NCBI RefSeq assembly: GCF_001194135.2
Contig: NC_068984.1
Span: 77,660,940 to 77,698,037, forward strand
DNA: 37,098 bases
Source of the DNA: Octopus bimaculoides
Taxonomy: Eukaryota
Reading direction: 5' to 3'
Each line of letters opens with the position of its first letter. Positions within the stretch are counted from its first letter, which is position 1. Position numbers and translations under genes: made by a program. Below, in pieces: positions 33,736-37,098 of the stretch. The notes beneath the pieces are model-generated. The model was not told where the DNA came from, ran no database searches, and worked only from the letters and a program-made list of their open reading frames with translations.

Positions 33736-33934
33736 TGTAGATGCGTATAAATAGATAGGTATAGTTATATAAAACTATCTAGAGCTATGTAAACAAATTC
33801 TTGTCATTTAACATTGTTGTGGTTTTCCGTTGCGCATAGACTAAGAACTCAACATACTGATATTAACATAAGTAGTAAAAGTAGTAAGAAATATTCATCA
33901 GAAGTATAAATGTGTCCATATATAAATAGATGTA

Positions 33935-34514
33935 TGTATATCATTATTCAGTTTATTTCAAGATTTCTGGCCGATAGAGAAAAAACCGGTTTCTAACCTA
34001 GATCCAAGGCTCTATCGTTGGAATTTCAACATCAACAAAAGGCTATGTATGTACGTATGTACGTACGTACGTACATACGTACGTATGTATGTATGTATGT
34101 ATGTATGTATGTATGTATGTATGTGCAGCTTTGTATGTTTTATGTATGTATTCTCATGCATATAGTTACATATCTAGATATGGTCATATATATTTAAATG
34201 ATAAACTTTTGGAAAGTTTTACAGATTTTTACAGTTCCAATGATGGATTGAATTTGTAGTCCTCGAATTAGCTTTCTCCTTTCTAGTTTTGAGAAGTCTA
34301 ATTTCTCATGATTGGTATTTAGGCGGTGTGTTACATATCTCAGAACCCCAACAATTACAGGTATAAACTTGAACTTGTAATCTGGATAGAGTAACTGCAG
34401 ATTTCTCAATAGTCTATTGTAGATATTCTCTTTTTCACTGATCTTCAGCTTTATATAAACATCCGCTGGGCAGCTAATTGCCACAACTATGCACAGATTC
34501 TCTTCTCTATCCCT
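33935..34514 (-). pseudogene. 5'-truncated R4/Dong-type LINE, family 2 (REL C-terminus plus 3' UTR)
   Basis: 34194-34514 is uninterrupted: RDREENLCIVVAISCPADVYIKLKISEKENIY..LYPDYKFKFIPVIVGVL..GTVKICKTFQKFII*. The 3' UTR carries an internal (TATG/TACG)n expansion. Confidence 0.92.
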
Positions 34515-35273
34515 ATGTATGTATGTATGTATGTATGTATGTATATGTACACACACATACACTACATTGTATGTGGATATATATGAGAATATATACGTAT
34601 GTTCGGGAGAGTTTACCTACTAACTTATTTTTCTAAATTTCTTTCGTTTTTTTTTATAAGTACATAAAAGCTAGACAATCATAAATTAACTTTGCATAGT
34701 AATAGATTCTGGTGTAGGATGGAGTTAAATGTTTTGCTATAACAGGCAGGGTATACCTTAGATCCCTTTCAAGTAGTTTGTTGACAAGCACGGAAATGGC
34801 CAGTCTTTATCACGTTATCACATTATTATCTCCAATTTCGTTCTTTATTTTCTTTTCCTCTTTCCTTCTGATAATCCGACCGTGAAGATAGAATTGTATT
34901 TTATAGTTAACTCGACATGGGAGTTTTTCTGTGTTTGTTTCTTTGATTTGTATTTTGTATTTTGATCATACTTCTGTTTTGCTTGTCATTTTCTCTATGG
35001 ATATAGTTTTGCTTGCAAATTGCTGAAAATAGCACACTGCTTTGGATATTCATTCTTGTATAGAATGAGAGGACAGTCTGATCTAACGAAGGACTTATTC
35101 AAAATACTCACCTAAAGAAACACTTAACATCTCTGATGGATGGTACTGATTACGCAACATGTTAATCTCACCAATGTACTTGGTGCGCGACGATGTGTGG
35201 AAACAATTGTAGGAAATAAAACATGTTCTTTAATTCATTTTGTTTTATTCATAACTTAGTATAAACTCTACAG

Positions 35274-35400
35274 ATACTATGGAATTCCAGATGTATATCC
35301 ATGGACAAGGGTATTCCCACTGTATGATAGCATTCGGAAGCCGTTACGCGTTGATGAATTTTGTATAGCGTACTATAAGATTTTTACCCGTATTTTATGA
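35274..35400 (+). CDS. Candidate terminal-type exon, 41 aa (unverified)
   Basis: ttttgttttattc...aactctacAG|A then YYGIPDVYPWTRVFPLYDSIRKPLRVDEFCIAYYKIFTRIL*; unique sequence, no recognised homology. Confidence 0.2.
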
Positions 35401-35444
35401 AACACTTACTATATATTAATATAAAACACTCTGTTTATCTACCA

Positions 35445-35448
35445 TATG

Positions 35449-35514
<66 letters not shown>

Positions 35515-35661
35515 ATCTATCTGTCTGTCTGTCTATCTCTCTACCTCTCTAGCATACTTGTGATAGTATTTACATACACGTACATCAATAAATATACGCA
35601 CACATTCAATTATTTATCTGTATATGTATGTATACACATTATATATACACACACACACACA
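35445..35661. repeat. (TCTA)n and (CA)-type microsatellites
   Basis: Visible directly. Confidence 0.95.
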
Positions 35662-36300
35662 NNNNNNNNNNNNNNNNNNNNNNNNNNNNNNNNNNNNNNN
35701 NNNNNNNNNNNNNNNNNNNNNNNNNNNNNNNNNNNNNNNNNNNNNNNNNNNNNNNNNNNNNNNNNNNNNNNNNNNNNNNNNNNNNNNNNNNNNNNNNNNN
35801 NNNNNNNNNNNNNNNNNNNNNNNNNNNNNNNNNNNNNNNNNNNNNNNNNNNNNNNNNNNNNNNNNNNNNNNNNNNNNNNNNNNNNNNNNNNNNNNNNNNN
35901 NNNNNNNNNNNNNNNNNNNNNNNNNNNNNNNNNNNNNNNNNNNNNNNNNNNNNNNNNNNNNNNNNNNNNNNNNNNNNNNNNNNNNNNNNNNNNNNNNNNN
36001 NNNNNNNNNNNNNNNNNNNNNNNNNNNNNNNNNNNNNNNNNNNNNNNNNNNNNNNNNNNNNNNNNNNNNNNNNNNNNNNNNNNNNNNNNNNNNNNNNNNN
36101 NNNNNNNNNNNNNNNNNNNNNNNNNNNNNNNNNNNNNNNNNNNNNNNNNNNNNNNNNNNNNNNNNNNNNNNNNNNNNNNNNNNNNNNNNNNNNNNNNNNN
36201 NNNNNNNNNNNNNNNNNNNNNNNNNNNNNNNNNNNNNNNNNNNNNNNNNNNNNNNNNNNNNNNNNNNNNNNNNNNNNNNNNNNNNNNNNNNNNNNNNNNN

Positions 36301-36502
36301 TTATGATAAGCTCCTTGAAGTATTACTTGAAGAAAATCTTGCATTATCAGTAGAAGATCTGAACATAACCGCTTCTGGCACAGAGAATCGGGAGCCCTTT
36401 TGGGCATTCTATTTTCTTTGCTGGAAGGGTTCCCAACCCATGGGTAAAGAGGGGTTAGATGATGGGGGTGGTGCTTTCAAAGGGCTGGCATGTTTAACAT
36501 GA
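36301..36502. other. GC-richer, stop-poor stretch at a gap edge
   Basis: + frame YDKLLEVLLEENLALSVEDL... is open to 36502; the minus frame PLKAPPPSSNPSLPMGWEP.. has one stop. Unassigned. Confidence 0.15.
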
Positions 36503-36734
36503 TCACCTCTGCCGATCAAACTTCCATGTGGCGACACTGTTTCTGCCCAAATTTGACGTCAATGTTACTTAGTTTGGTTTGAAATAAAGAACTTGATTAG
36601 CTTAATAATCCTGGGCTATACTGCTAGTATTATATATATGCAAACATGTAAATGTTTTGCTGTTCCAAAGTATGCATAATATAATGAATTATTTTGCATG
36701 GATTTCCGGTAAATTATTCAGGACACCATTATTT

Positions 36735-37054
36735 ATGTATGTATGTATGTATGTATGTATGTATGCATGATCGGGTGTAGGATGAATGGATGGATGGATG
36801 GATGGATGGATGGATGGGTGGATGCATATACATATACATATATACGTAGCAGCTATAATTTTAGCCTAGCATTTATTTCTTTAGATTCCGTTACATACTT
36901 ATACAACGCACAGACACATGCACACACACATATACACACACACATTCACATGCTATCTTACATACACGCATACATACATAAACACGAATATATATGTATA
37001 TTTGCATTCATGTTTGAATGTGTGTATATATGTATGTATGTGTATGTGTGTGTG

Positions 37055-37098
<44 letters not shown>
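36735..37098. repeat. Compound (TATG)/(GGAT)/(CA)/(TA) microsatellites
   Basis: Visible directly. Confidence 0.95.

Noticed and set aside
1-37098. Long ORFs in the track (e.g. 23345..24274, 28391..29365, 29770..30855, 35446..36306) and HT/CV/YI/poly-amino-acid ORFs
   Set aside because: They are read through N-gaps or microsatellites and are not evidence of coding.

Overview
Eukaryotic, AT-rich, microsatellite-saturated draft scaffold with about 5.4 kb of N-gaps, nearly all bordered by simple repeats. The SINE families resemble the tRNA-derived SINEs known from Octopus, so a coleoid cephalopod origin is inferred but not proven. No intact protein-coding gene is recognisable, and almost all long ORFs in the track are artefacts of microsatellites or N runs. 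Supported content: four decayed REL-endonuclease (R4/Dong-type) LINE fragments, all on the minus strand; an RTE-like 3' end with a C2H2 finger; an L2/CR1/Jockey-group LINE remnant; a Helitron-like remnant; about 20 SINE copies from at least four families (A-D, my labels), several with target-site duplications; and two local duplications. Top leads: (i) one R4-type LINE family whose two copies are both bounded at each end by (CATA)n, suggesting microsatellite targeting; (ii) a ~98% identical 0.4-kb direct repeat carrying a hammerhead-like core, plus a second unrelated repeat with a similar core; (iii) pre-miRNA-sized hairpins at 10778-10840 and 18817-18866; (iv) a few low-confidence small exon candidates. 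All alignments and folds were done by eye and coordinates are approximate to a few bases.
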